A stretch of DNA of 64,000 bases from Sphingorhabdus sp. Lineage in GTDB: Bacteria > Pseudomonadota > Alphaproteobacteria > Sphingomonadales > Sphingomonadaceae. The stretch lies in contig NZ_JBIIMC010000008.1 in assembly GCF_044338195.1 (NCBI RefSeq), positions 10,592 to 74,591 on the forward strand. The letters run 5' to 3'. Position 1 is the stretch's first letter, and every line of letters starts with the position of its first letter. The position numbers and the translations under genes were made by a program. The notes under the pieces are model-generated. The model searched no databases. It worked only from the letters and a program-made list of their open reading frames with translations, and was not told the DNA's origin. Shown here one piece after another: positions 19,850-30,321 of the stretch.

Positions 19850-21271
19850 TTATTTCTTAAGTTCCTTAGCGAGTGTCTTCAGCGTCGCTTTGCCATAAGG
19901 CGCCTTGAATCCGCCAATTCCAGCAACATCGACGCCGGTCTGACGATAGACCGCACGCATATGGCTGAAGGTTTTGAACCCGTCTGCGCCGTGATAATTG
20001 CCCATGCCGGACGGCCCGACTCCACCAAAGGGCAGATCTTCCATCGCATTGTGGAAGACGACGTCGTTGATCGTTACGCCGCCAGAGACGGTCCGCGACA
20101 ACACGCGTTCTTCTTCGGCTTTGTCCGTTCCGAAATAATATAGACCAAGCGGACGATCATGCGCGTTCACATAATCAATCGCCTCATCCATCGACGAATA
20201 GGTCATGACGGGCAGAATCGGCCCGAAGATTTCTTCCTGCATCACCTTCATGTCGTCGGTGACATTGCGGACAATCGTCAGCGGCATTTTGTTGCCGTTT
20301 GATCCGACAAAATCCTCATCCGCAGGGTTGATTTCGATGAGTTCAGCCCCCTTTTCACGCGCATCGTCCAGATAGCCCTGAAGCCGCTCATAATTTCGGC
20401 CATTCACAACCGATGTATAATCGTCATTGTGCAGCAAAGTGGGATATTGCGCGATTGCGCCGGCCTTCACCGCTGCGATGACATCATGCTCTTGGTCGTC
20501 GGGAACCATCAAATAATCAGGCGCTAGGCAGATTTGGCCCGCGTTCATCATCTTGCCCAGGGCAATACGCTCGCCGGCCTTTTTCGTGTCCGCACTTCGG
20601 CCAATGATGGTCGGTGATTTGCCGCCAAGTTCAAGCGTCACGGGCACGAGATTGTCCGCTGCAGCGCGCATGATATGCTTGCCCACGCCCGTCGCGCCAG
20701 TGAATATCATATGGTCGAATGCCAGCTTTGAAAACGCCATGCCAACTTCAGCGCCGCCTGTGAAAACGGCCATTTCCTCTTCAGCGAAATATTGTGGCAC
20801 GAGCTCTTCGAACAACGCCGACACGCGCTCGGTGAATTCGGATGGCTTGATCATCGCGCGGTTACCCGCGGCGAGAATACCCGCCATCGGGACCATCACC
20901 ATGCCAACGGGGAAGTTCCATGGCGCAACGACGCCAACGACACCCTTTGGTTGGTACACGACTTCGGCCTTGGCACCCAGCAGACCAAGCGGGAAAGTTG
21001 GCTTGCGCTTTTCACCTTTGGCCCAGCTTTCAAAATGCTTCTTGGCATGCTTCATCGCGCTCACAGACGGCATGATGTCCGTTAGCAGCGTTTGTTCGCG
21101 GCTACGATGACCGAAATCAGCAGAAACGGCCTTTGCAAAATCCTCCGCATGATCGATCAGCATCGCAATCGCGCGGTCGATACGGTCGCGGCGGACCGAC
21201 ATCGATTCTGGCATAGCTGCGGTAAATGCTGCGCGCTGCTTTTCGAGCACTGTCTGCATATTTGCGGTCAT
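19850..21271 (-). CDS. Aldehyde dehydrogenase, coniferyl/fatty aldehyde (CalB/ALDH3-like)
   Basis: PWNFP, FTGATGVG, LELGGKSP, NAGQICLAPD, EEIFGP; start set at MTANMQ with a purine-rich SD. Confidence 0.9.
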   Translation of the reverse strand: MTANMQTVLEKQRAAFTAAMPESMSVRRDRIDRAIAMLIDHAEDFAKAVSADFGHRSREQTLLTDIMPSVSAMKHAKKHFESWAKGEKRKPTFPLGLLGAKAEVVYQPKGVVGVVAPWNFPVGMVMVPMAGILAAGNRAMIKPSEFTERVSALFEELVPQYFAEEEMAVFTGGAEVGMAFSKLAFDHMIFTGATGVGKHIMRAAADNLVPVTLELGGKSPTIIGRSADTKKAGERIALGKMMNAGQICLAPDYLMVPDDQEHDVIAAVKAGAIAQYPTLLHNDDYTSVVNGRNYERLQGYLDDAREKGAELIEINPADEDFVGSNGNKMPLTIVRNVTDDMKVMQEEIFGPILPVMTYSSMDEAIDYVNAHDRPLGLYYFGTDKAEEERVLSRTVSGGVTINDVVFHNAMEDLPFGGVGPSGMGNYHGADGFKTFSHMRAVYRQTGVDVAGIGGFKAPYGKATLKTLAKELKK

Positions 21272-21390
21272 TTTCTCTCTCCCTTTAACCAGTTGATGAA
21301 TTGCTAGCGTGAAGCGTTGCAAATGAAAACCATTTTGGCGTATCCACATATCCAACATGCACAAAGCATGACGCGTATATTGGAGAGAAC

Positions 21391-23127
21391 ATGATCGAGG
21401 CCGGTAAAAAGTGGACACCACCTGCGGGTTGGCCCGTCATGACGCGAGATCAGGTAAAGGATGCATTATGTGCACCTGGCATGCCGTTCGAAATGGAAAC
21501 GGTCGAGATTGAAGGCGTGCCAACGCGCGTCTGGAAAAACGCACTACCCAATCTCGCGGTACTGGCCGCCCACGCCAATGCGTCATTCGGTGACCGCGAA
21601 TTTGTGGTGTATGAGGATGAGCGCGTCACCTACGCCGCTTGGTACCGCGCGGTCGCGACACTCGCCCATGCGCTGCAAGAACGTGGCGTGAAAAAGGGCG
21701 ACCGCGTGGCCCTCGCCATGCGCAACCTGCCTGAATGGCCAGTCGCCTTTTTTGCCGCCGCAGTGACAGGCGCGATCGTCGTGCCGTTAAACGCATGGTG
21801 GACAGGCGAAGAGCTTGCCTTTGGTTTGGCCGATTCGGGTGCAGCGGTTCTGATCTGCGACGCAGAACGCTGGGACCGCATATCGCCCTATAAAGCAGAG
21901 ATGCCGGCGCTCGCGCATGTCATGGTCGCACGCGCGGGTGCAGCGGCAATGGCGCAGCCCGCCATCACGCTCGAAAGCATCATTGGCAGCCCCAAAAATT
22001 ACGCCGATTTGGCTGACCTGCCATTGCCTGATGTCGCGATTGCGCCAGATGACGCGGCCACCATTTTCTACACCAGCGGGACGACGGGCAAGCCAAAGGG
22101 CGCCTTGGGTTCGCATCGCAACCTGCTGACCAATGGCTTTTCCAGCGCCTATTCCGGCGCTGCGACTGTATTGCGCCGTGGTGAGCCTCTACCCGAACCT
22201 AGCATTAGGGCGAGCCTGCTTGTCATTCCGATGTTCCATGTCACCGCTTGTTCGGCGTCGATGATTCCGACGATTCAAGCAGGGCACAAGATCGTGCTCC
22301 TCCACAAATGGGATACGGTGAAGGCATTCGAAATTATCGAACGCGAAAAGATCAACGCCACGGGCGGCGTGCCGTTCATCGCTTGGCAGTTAATCGAGCA
22401 CCCCGACCGCGCAAAATATGACCTCAGCTCAATCGACGCGATCAGCTATGGCGGTGCACCATCCGCGCCAGAGCTCGTCAGCAAGATTTACGAAATATTC
22501 GGCGCATTCCCCGGCAATGGCTGGGGCATGACCGAAACAATGGCGACCGTCACCTCGCACGTTGCCGAAGATTATCTGAATCGCCCCGACAGCTGTGGCC
22601 CGGCGGTTGCAGTCTCGGACGTGAAAATCATGTCAGAGGATGGATCGACCGAATTGCCTGTTGGTGAAGTTGGCGAATTGTGGGCGCGTGGTCCGCAAAT
22701 CGTCAAAGGCTATTGGAACCGTCCCGACGCCACCGCAGAAACATTTGTCGATGGCTGGGTGCGCACAGGCGATCTTGCCCGCGTCGATGACGAAGGCTTC
22801 TGCTTCATCGTTGATCGCGCCAAAGACATGATCATTCGCGGCGGCGAGAATATCTATTCGTCTGAAGTCGAAAATATCTTGTACGAACATCCCGCGGTTA
22901 CCGATGCGGCACTGATTGGCATTCCGCACCAGACACTCGGCGAAGAACCCGCCGCTGTGGTCCATCTGGCACCCGGCATGACGGCAAGCGAGGATGAACT
23001 GCGCGAATATGTCAGCGCGCGATTGGCAAAATTCAAAGTGCCCGTGAAGATCATCTTCACGCAGGATACCCTGCCGCGCAACGCGAATGGCAAAATCCTG
23101 AAACGCGATTTGAAGGCCTTGTTCTAA
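21391..23127 (+). CDS. Long-chain acyl-CoA synthetase (class I adenylate-forming)
   Basis: FYTSGTTGKPKG, GWGMTET, RTGD, RGGENIYS, NGKILKR. Confidence 0.92.
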   Translation: MIEAGKKWTPPAGWPVMTRDQVKDALCAPGMPFEMETVEIEGVPTRVWKNALPNLAVLAAHANASFGDREFVVYEDERVTYAAWYRAVATLAHALQERGVKKGDRVALAMRNLPEWPVAFFAAAVTGAIVVPLNAWWTGEELAFGLADSGAAVLICDAERWDRISPYKAEMPALAHVMVARAGAAAMAQPAITLESIIGSPKNYADLADLPLPDVAIAPDDAATIFYTSGTTGKPKGALGSHRNLLTNGFSSAYSGAATVLRRGEPLPEPSIRASLLVIPMFHVTACSASMIPTIQAGHKIVLLHKWDTVKAFEIIEREKINATGGVPFIAWQLIEHPDRAKYDLSSIDAISYGGAPSAPELVSKIYEIFGAFPGNGWGMTETMATVTSHVAEDYLNRPDSCGPAVAVSDVKIMSEDGSTELPVGEVGELWARGPQIVKGYWNRPDATAETFVDGWVRTGDLARVDDEGFCFIVDRAKDMIIRGGENIYSSEVENILYEHPAVTDAALIGIPHQTLGEEPAAVVHLAPGMTASEDELREYVSARLAKFKVPVKIIFTQDTLPRNANGKILKRDLKALF

Positions 23128-23210
23128 CGCAGCAAACAGGGCTGATTCACATTTGTTTTTGATGCTGCGCCGCCCTATAAGGCGGCAAATCAAAATCAAA
23201 GGAATCTCCC

Positions 23211-24398
23211 ATGCGCAACGCCGATCCTGTCGTCATCCTGTCCTACGCCCGCACCCCAATGGGGGCCATGCAAGGGGCGTTGGCTGACGTTTCTGCGACC
23301 GACCTTGGCGCAACTGCGGTGAAAGCAGCCGTTGAACGCGCTGGCGTCGACGCCGCGGCGATTGAGCGCATCTACATGGGTTGTGTGTTGCCAGCAGGCC
23401 TCGGCCAAGCCCCTGCCCGTCAGGCCGCGATTAAAGCGGGCCTGCCCAAATCTGTGCAAGCAACGACGGTGAACAAGGTATGCGGTTCGGGCATGCAGAC
23501 CGTCATCATGGGCAGCGAGGCACTCGCCGCTGGTTCAGTCGATTATGTCATCGCCGGCGGCATGGAAAGCATGACCAACGCGCCCTATTTGCTGAAAAAG
23601 CATCGCAGTGGCGCGCGCATTGGGCATGACACCGCCTACGACCATATGTTCCTCGATGGACTTGAAGACGCATATGAAGCTGGCCGCGCCATGGGCACGT
23701 TCGCGCAAGACACCGCGAACGATTATCAGCTGACGCGCGAAGCACAGGATGCTTACGCCCTTGAATCGCTGCGCCGCGCGCAAAGCGCAATTGCAGACGG
23801 CGCGTTTAAGGCGGAAATCGTTCCGGTGACCGTTGCCACACGTAAGGGCGACGTCATCGTCGACACCGACGAACAACCCGGCAAAGGCATGCCCGACAAG
23901 ATTCCAACGCTCAAGCCAGCCTTTGCGAAGGACGGCACGATCACGGCCGCCACCAGCTCATCGATTTCAGATGGCGCCGCTGCGCTTGTGCTCACGCGCC
24001 AATCGGTCGCCGACGCCAATGGGCAAAAACCGATTGCGCGTATCGTCGCGCACGCCGCGCACGCGCAGGAGCCATCGGCATTCACCACCGCTCCGGTCGG
24101 TGCTATCAACGCATGCTTGGCCAAGGCTGGCTGGACCATCGCCGACGTTGACCTGTTCGAAGTGAATGAAGCATTTGCTTGCGTGGCGATGTTTGCGATG
24201 CACGATCTGGGCATAACGCATGACAAGATTAACGTTCATGGCGGCGCCACGGCATTGGGCCATCCCATTGGTGCATCGGGTGCCCGGATTATCACAACCT
24301 TGGTCGCCGCGCTTCAGCGCCATGGCAAGAAACGCGGCCTGGCATCGCTGTGCATTGGCGGTGGCGAAGCGACTGCTTTGGCGATCGAGCTTATTTGA
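23211..24398 (+). CDS. Acetyl-CoA C-acyltransferase (thiolase)
   Basis: NKVCGSG, NEAF, GHPIGASG, CIGGG. Confidence 0.95.
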   Translation: MRNADPVVILSYARTPMGAMQGALADVSATDLGATAVKAAVERAGVDAAAIERIYMGCVLPAGLGQAPARQAAIKAGLPKSVQATTVNKVCGSGMQTVIMGSEALAAGSVDYVIAGGMESMTNAPYLLKKHRSGARIGHDTAYDHMFLDGLEDAYEAGRAMGTFAQDTANDYQLTREAQDAYALESLRRAQSAIADGAFKAEIVPVTVATRKGDVIVDTDEQPGKGMPDKIPTLKPAFAKDGTITAATSSSISDGAAALVLTRQSVADANGQKPIARIVAHAAHAQEPSAFTTAPVGAINACLAKAGWTIADVDLFEVNEAFACVAMFAMHDLGITHDKINVHGGATALGHPIGASGARIITTLVAALQRHGKKRGLASLCIGGGEATALAIELI

Positions 24399-24480
24399 TC
24401 GATACAATTTGCGACGTTTGGGCCGTCGGAGAAATCCGGCGACCCTTTGTTTTTTGCCGCGTGCAGGTTAAGCATGCGCC

Positions 24481-25146
24481 ATGAATATCGTCTTCGTCCT
24501 CTTCGACAATGTCACGCAACTCGATTTCACAGGGCCGGTGCAATTCCTCTCGCGAATACCGGGCGCGGATGTTCATGTCGTCAGCAAAACGGGTGCGGCG
24601 GTCACCACCGATAGCGGCTTTTCCATTCTGCCGCGATCCAGCTTCGCAGACTGCCCGCAGGCGGACATAATCTGCGTGCCGGGCGGCCATGGTGTCCGCG
24701 ACGCGATTGCTGACGCGCAGATCGTCGATTTCGTCCGCACGCAAGCACGCGGAGCGCAATATGTCACCAGCGTGTGCACCGGAGCATTCATATTGGGCGC
24801 GGCCAATTTGCTGCACGGCAAAGAAGCCACATGCCACTGGGCTTACACGCATTTGTTGCCGATGTTTGGCGCAACACATCGCCCCGCGCGCGTTGTCCGC
24901 GATGGCAATTTGGTGACTGCAGGCGGCGTCACGTCGGGCATCGACTTCGCGCTTGAACTGATTTCAGACATTGCAGGCGAAGATGTTGCACGCACCATCC
25001 AGCTCGCGCTCGAATATGATCCGGCACCCCCATTTAGCGGCGGAACGCCAGCGAATGCACCTGATGCAATACTAACAAACCTCCGCGCACAGGTTTATGA
25101 AAAGGCGGCAACCGAGATGGAAAGCGTCATAAAAAAGATAATTTAA
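24481..25146 (+). CDS. DJ-1/PfpI family protein (isonitrile hydratase InhA-like)
   Basis: TQLDFTGP, SVCTG (catalytic Cys), GGVTSGIDF. Confidence 0.85.
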   Translation: MNIVFVLFDNVTQLDFTGPVQFLSRIPGADVHVVSKTGAAVTTDSGFSILPRSSFADCPQADIICVPGGHGVRDAIADAQIVDFVRTQARGAQYVTSVCTGAFILGAANLLHGKEATCHWAYTHLLPMFGATHRPARVVRDGNLVTAGGVTSGIDFALELISDIAGEDVARTIQLALEYDPAPPFSGGTPANAPDAILTNLRAQVYEKAATEMESVIKKII

Positions 25147-25216
25147 CCCCTCAGTTAAATTCCCACTGGACGAAGCCTATTCAAGGGCATAGCCTTTCCG
25201 TCGAGGGGGGAAAAAT

Positions 25217-27409
25217 ATGATGAATAAGCTTTGGTTCGCAGCCGCATTTGCTGGCGCGACATTATTATTGGGTTCGTGCCAAAAGGTAGCGGGCCCGACC
25301 GATGTACCCGCATTCGCTAAGATTAACGGTGATTATTTGAAAACCGGTGGCGATGGCTCAAACTGGGCGATGACCGGTTTCAATTATAATGAGCAACGGC
25401 ACAGCCCGCTTACCCAAATTAACGACAGCAATGTGCAGGATTTGGGCGTTGCCTGGTTCGCTGACTTGCCCGATGCGCGCGGCCAAGAAGCAACACCCGT
25501 GGTTGTCGACGGCAAAATGTTTATCTCGACCGCCTGGTCCAAAGTATTCTCTTATGACGCCAAAACCGGCAAACCATTGTGGAGCTTCGATCCCGAAGTC
25601 GACAAAGCGCGCGGGGTCAAAGCCTGCTGCGACGTGGTCAACCGCGGCGTTGCTTTCTGGAAAGGTAGCGTTTTTGTCGGAACCATCGACGGACGTTTGA
25701 TTTCCTTGGACGCCACCACGGGCAAGCAATTGTGGAGTGTTCAAACGCTTGACCTCAAATCCAACGGCACCATCACAGGCGTGCCACGGGTCGTAAAGGA
25801 CAAGGTGGTTATTGGCTTTGGCGGCGCAGAGTTCGGCGCGCGCGGTTATGTGACCGCATATGACGCCGCGACCGGCAAACAGGCATGGCGTTTTTACACC
25901 ACACCCAATCCCAAGGGCGAGCCTGACAATGCCGCGAGCGACAAGATCTTAAAAACAGCGGCAACCAAAACATGGAGTTCCAAGCCCAAAAAGGGTGACT
26001 GGCGCGAAAGTGGCGGCGGCGGTACCGTGTGGGACGCAATAGTTTATGATGCTGAACTCGACCAATTGTACCTTGGCGTCGGCAACGGAAATCCGTGGAA
26101 CCATGGTATTCGTTCCAATGGCGAGGGCGACAATCTGTTCCTGTCATCCATCGTCGCGCTCAAACCCGACACGGGCGAATATGTCTGGCATTATCAGGAA
26201 ACGCCAGCCGAAAGCTGGGATTACACTGCGACCCAGCCCATCATATTGGCAACCGAAACCCGCGGCGGCAAAGAACGCAAAGTTCTGTACCACGCGCCGA
26301 AGAACGGGTTTTTCTTCACCATTGATCGCATGAACGGCAAGTTGTTGTCAGCAAACCCGTTCATCGACGGCATTACCTGGGCAACCGGCTATGACTTGAA
26401 AACGGGGCGGCCAATCGAAAACCCTGCCGCGCGGTATGAAAAAACCGGCAAGCTTTATTTGGCGAACCCTTCGGCGCTGGGTGCGCATAACTGGCACCCG
26501 ATGAGCTTTAACCCCGCAACGGGATTGGTCTACATTCCCGCATTGTACATTGGCGGCGCGTATCTGCCGCCGGTTGCGCCAAACGAACAAGAGCGCAAGC
26601 CGTTAGGCTTCAACGTGGGCGGCGCGATGGCAACGGCCGACCTTCCCGATGACATCAATTTCGTGAAGGCTGTGAAAGCGGCCACGACCGGAAAGCTTGT
26701 CGCCTTCGACCCCAAGACCGGCAAAGCAAAATGGACGGTCGATCACCCCGCCTCATGGAATGGCGGGACGATGACCACAGCCGGAAATCTGGTTTTCCAA
26801 GGGACGGCAATGGGCGAGTTCCGCGCTTATGCTGCGGATAGCGGCAAGCAATTGTTGAACCTTAACGTACAGTCTGGCGTGTTGTCCGGCCCATCGACCT
26901 ATACGGTGGACGGCGAACAATATGTCGCCTTCCTGACCAGCAAGGGCGGGGCGTTTCCGCTTGTTTCGGGTTATGCAGGTTCCACCAGCGCTGCGGTTCC
27001 CAACATCCCCCGCCTGATCGTTCTGAAGCTGGGCGGAAAAACAGCCTTGCCACCCGTGCCGAAAGCGCCAGCCTATGTGTGGGCGCCACCAGCGCAATTC
27101 GGTACGCCAGCAGATATCGCTGCGGGGGGATCGAATTTCCAACGCTATTGCCTCGTCTGCCACGGACCCGGCGCGGTCGGGAACGGCGTGCTGCCGGACC
27201 TGCGTAAATCTGGCGTGATTGCGGATGCCGCCACTTGGAAATCGGTTGTGATTGACGGCATATTGAAGGGCAATGGCATGGTCAGCTTTAGCAGCGTGTT
27301 AACACCGAAAGAAGCCGAGCAAATGCGCGCTTATGTTGTCAGCCGCGCACATTATGCAAAGGCAAATGATGCGGCGTTAAGCGGTGGCGCAAAAAAGGCA
27401 GCAAAGTAA
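25217..27409 (+). CDS. Type II quinohemoprotein (PQQ/heme c) alcohol dehydrogenase, lipoprotein
   Basis: Lipobox LLGSC, vicinal ACCDVVNRG, Trp-docking repeats, WDYTATQ, C-terminal CLVCH heme site. Confidence 0.92.
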   Translation: MMNKLWFAAAFAGATLLLGSCQKVAGPTDVPAFAKINGDYLKTGGDGSNWAMTGFNYNEQRHSPLTQINDSNVQDLGVAWFADLPDARGQEATPVVVDGKMFISTAWSKVFSYDAKTGKPLWSFDPEVDKARGVKACCDVVNRGVAFWKGSVFVGTIDGRLISLDATTGKQLWSVQTLDLKSNGTITGVPRVVKDKVVIGFGGAEFGARGYVTAYDAATGKQAWRFYTTPNPKGEPDNAASDKILKTAATKTWSSKPKKGDWRESGGGGTVWDAIVYDAELDQLYLGVGNGNPWNHGIRSNGEGDNLFLSSIVALKPDTGEYVWHYQETPAESWDYTATQPIILATETRGGKERKVLYHAPKNGFFFTIDRMNGKLLSANPFIDGITWATGYDLKTGRPIENPAARYEKTGKLYLANPSALGAHNWHPMSFNPATGLVYIPALYIGGAYLPPVAPNEQERKPLGFNVGGAMATADLPDDINFVKAVKAATTGKLVAFDPKTGKAKWTVDHPASWNGGTMTTAGNLVFQGTAMGEFRAYAADSGKQLLNLNVQSGVLSGPSTYTVDGEQYVAFLTSKGGAFPLVSGYAGSTSAAVPNIPRLIVLKLGGKTALPPVPKAPAYVWAPPAQFGTPADIAAGGSNFQRYCLVCHGPGAVGNGVLPDLRKSGVIADAATWKSVVIDGILKGNGMVSFSSVLTPKEAEQMRAYVVSRAHYAKANDAALSGGAKKAAK

Positions 27410-27417
27410 AAAACTGC

Positions 27418-27458
27418 TGCCCATGAATCTGGCATCTGCCTAAAATTTAGGCAGATGC
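27418..27458. promoter_or_regulatory. Tandem NtrC-type enhancer sites for glnBA
   Basis: Two TGC-N11-GCA sites (27418-27434 and 27437-27453); the second lies within a perfect 13-bp inverted repeat (27432-27458). Confidence 0.65.
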
Positions 27459-27505
27459 TATTGGCCAAACGGCCCAAAATAACGCGTTTTGGTGTTGGTC
27501 AATTT

Positions 27506-27521
27506 TGGCACGATACTTGAT
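27506..27521 (+). promoter_or_regulatory. Sigma54 (-24/-12) promoter of glnBA
   Basis: TGGCACG-ATAC-TTGA: GG-N10-GA, one base off the GG-N10-GC consensus, downstream of NtrC-like sites. Confidence 0.6.
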
Positions 27522-27529
27522 ATGCTTAA

Positions 27530-27922
<393 letters not shown>

Positions 27923-27969
27923 AAAAATCCAAAATATCCAAAAAAGACAAGCCAAAGAAGGAAAGCAGA

Positions 27970-29382
27970 ATGGGTACCTCAGCTAAGGACATTATCAAGC
28001 GCATCAAGGATGAAGAGATCGAGTGGGTCGATGTCCGTTTCACCGATCCCAAGGGCAAATGGCAGCATCTGACGATGTGCGCTGGCGTGATCGGCGAAGA
28101 CGAGTTGGAAGACGGCTTGATGTTTGACGGTTCGTCCATCGAAGGCTGGAAAGCCATCAACGAATCCGACATGATCCTGAAGCCTGATCTTGATGCCGTG
28201 TACGTAGATCCATTCTCCGCCACGCCCATGATGATCATCTTCTGCGATATCGTCGAGCCATCAACGGGCGAGCTGTACAGCCGCGACCCGCGCTCGACCG
28301 CAAAGCGCGCTGAAGCATATTTGAAAACCACAGGCATCGGCGACACCGTATATGTCGGTCCAGAAGCCGAGTTTTTCATGTTCGACGATGTGCGTTTCGA
28401 AAACAGCTACAACACGTCATATTACAAGATCGACGATATTGAGCTGCCAACGAACACCGGCACGAAATATGAAGGCGGCAATATGGGCCATCGCCCCCGC
28501 GCAAAGGGTGGTTATTTCCCAGTCGCGCCCGTCGACAGCGCAGTGGACATCCGTGGCGAAATGGTTTCGACCATGCTCGAAATGGGTCTGCCTTGCGACA
28601 AGCATCACCATGAAGTTGCCGCAGCCCAGCATGAGCTTGGCCTGACTTTCGGTACGCTGACTCAGACCGCTGACCGTATGCAGATCTACAAATATGTCGT
28701 GCATCAGGTCGCACATGCATATGGCAAGACCGCAACGTTCATGCCGAAGCCAATCAAGGAAGACAATGGTTCGGGTATGCACACCCACCTGTCGATCTGG
28801 GAAGGCAAGACCCCGCTTTTCGCAGGTGACGGCTATGCCGGTCTTTCGGACATGTGCCTGTATTTCATCGGCGGCATCATCAAGCATGCCAAGGCCGTGA
28901 ACGCATTCACAAACCCAACAACAAACAGCTACAAGCGTTTGGTGCCCGGTTACGAAGCGCCTGTGTTGCTCGCCTATTCGGCGCGCAACCGCTCAGCTTC
29001 ATGCCGTATTCCATATGGAGCAGGTGCCAAGGCCAAGCGCGTTGAAGTCCGCTTCCCTGACGCAATGGCGAACCCATATCTGTGCTATGCGGCTTTGTTC
29101 ATGGCTGGCCTCGACGGCATTCAGAACAAGATCCACCCTGGCGATGCCATGGACAAGAACCTGTACGACTTGCCACCAGCAGAGCTTGCTGAAGTGCCAA
29201 CTGTAGCCGGTTCGCTGCGTGAAGCTTTGGATTGCCTGGCCGCGGATCACGACTTCCTGTTGAAGGGTGACGTGTTCTCGAAGGACCAAATTGACAGCTA
29301 TATCGAATTGAAGATGGAAGACGTCGCCCGTTGGGAAATGACGCCAAGCCCAGTCGAATTCGACATGTACTACAGCTACTGA
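27970..29382 (+). CDS. glnA: Glutamine synthetase type I
   Basis: [31 protein letters not shown] adenylylation site. Confidence 0.98.
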   Translation: MGTSAKDIIKRIKDEEIEWVDVRFTDPKGKWQHLTMCAGVIGEDELEDGLMFDGSSIEGWKAINESDMILKPDLDAVYVDPFSATPMMIIFCDIVEPSTGELYSRDPRSTAKRAEAYLKTTGIGDTVYVGPEAEFFMFDDVRFENSYNTSYYKIDDIELPTNTGTKYEGGNMGHRPRAKGGYFPVAPVDSAVDIRGEMVSTMLEMGLPCDKHHHEVAAAQHELGLTFGTLTQTADRMQIYKYVVHQVAHAYGKTATFMPKPIKEDNGSGMHTHLSIWEGKTPLFAGDGYAGLSDMCLYFIGGIIKHAKAVNAFTNPTTNSYKRLVPGYEAPVLLAYSARNRSASCRIPYGAGAKAKRVEVRFPDAMANPYLCYAALFMAGLDGIQNKIHPGDAMDKNLYDLPPAELAEVPTVAGSLREALDCLAADHDFLLKGDVFSKDQIDSYIELKMEDVARWEMTPSPVEFDMYYSY

Positions 29383-29406
29383 TCCCACGCATCGGATCAT
29401 TAGCTT

Positions 29407-29441
29407 AAGGCCCGGCGGTTGGGGGACTGCCGGGCCTTTTT
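29407..29441 (+). terminator. Intrinsic terminator after glnA
   Basis: AAGGCCCGGCGGT / ACTGCCGGGCCTT stem followed by a T-run. Confidence 0.85.
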
Positions 29442-29521
29442 ATTTGTGTTTAGTCATTGCGTCCCTGACGCCATGTCTTATCGAGGCGGCTCGTGAGCCG
29501 CCGTGACAGCAGATGCGCAGA

Positions 29522-30187
29522 TTAAAGCCCGGCCTCTACTGCAATGCGAATAGCGTCGGCCGTACTCGCTGCGCCCAAGCGGTCCATTAACAACGCACGG
29601 TGCATTTTGACCGTTTGCTCGCTGAGCCCAAGCCGGAAGGCGATTTGCTTGTTCAAGTGGCCAAGCGCCATTTCGGCCAAAACCTCGCGCTGCCGCCGCG
29701 ACAATGCCTTCACCGCCGCCGCTGCCGCAACATGGCGGCTCTCGTAAGACGCTGGCGCGCTGGGCTCAAGTTCCACCTGAGAGCCAAGAAAGAACTCAAG
29801 CTCACCATTTTCGTCAAACAACGGCGCGACCAGCACTGCATTGCGAAAGGGTGTGCCATCGCGTTTGTAGTTCAAAATTTCGACCATGACCGGGGCATGA
29901 CGTTGAACGCCATTGCTAATCGTGTCGGTTAACCACGGCTCCGTTGCTGGACCGGCCAAAAATTTGCAGTTTCGCCCAATGATTTCATGTTCCGAATAGC
30001 CCGTCAGTTCAACAAACGCAGCATTACAGGCGATGATGGGATTACCGTTTTGACGCGGGTCGCTTATCACGGACGCTATCGGGCTATTCGCGATCAGCGC
30101 GTCTAGTTTCTCGTTAGACCGTCCCAAAACGTCCAAATTACAGTGCCTCCCGCGTACCCCCCATAGGCGCATTTCAGCGTTAACCAT
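29522..30187 (-). CDS. LOV-HTH (LuxR-type) blue-light-activated transcription factor, EL222-like; true start uncertain
   Basis: LOV motifs GRNCKFLAG (photoactive Cys74), [11 protein letters not shown] and FLGSQ (Gln137); C-terminal LSRRQREV...[19 protein letters not shown]...RIAVEAGL, closely matching my recollection of EL222. Confidence 0.93.
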   Translation of the reverse strand: MVNAEMRLWGVRGRHCNLDVLGRSNEKLDALIANSPIASVISDPRQNGNPIIACNAAFVELTGYSEHEIIGRNCKFLAGPATEPWLTDTISNGVQRHAPVMVEILNYKRDGTPFRNAVLVAPLFDENGELEFFLGSQVELEPSAPASYESRHVAAAAAVKALSRRQREVLAEMALGHLNKQIAFRLGLSEQTVKMHRALLMDRLGAASTADAIRIAVEAGL

Positions 30188-30321
30188 TATATGTGCCAGT
30201 TCCGCGATGTCGAGAGCAATATCACAAAAACATGGTATAAAGGTTAGGTTGTTGTCCCCGGGTCAGCGTTTAAGAAAAATGCCCCGACATCCGAAATGAT
30301 GTCGTAAAGGGGGAGAATAAC

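Noticed and set aside
19630-19850. tRNA-Leu as a genomic-island attachment site
   Set aside because: No integrase and no duplicated tRNA 3' end noticed; the flanking genes look like ordinary metabolic genes.
26200-26240. Lanthanide-dependent PQQ dehydrogenase
   Set aside because: The motif is WDYT, lacking the second Asp (D-x-D) of XoxF/PedH/ExaF, so it is consistent with a Ca2+ type II enzyme.
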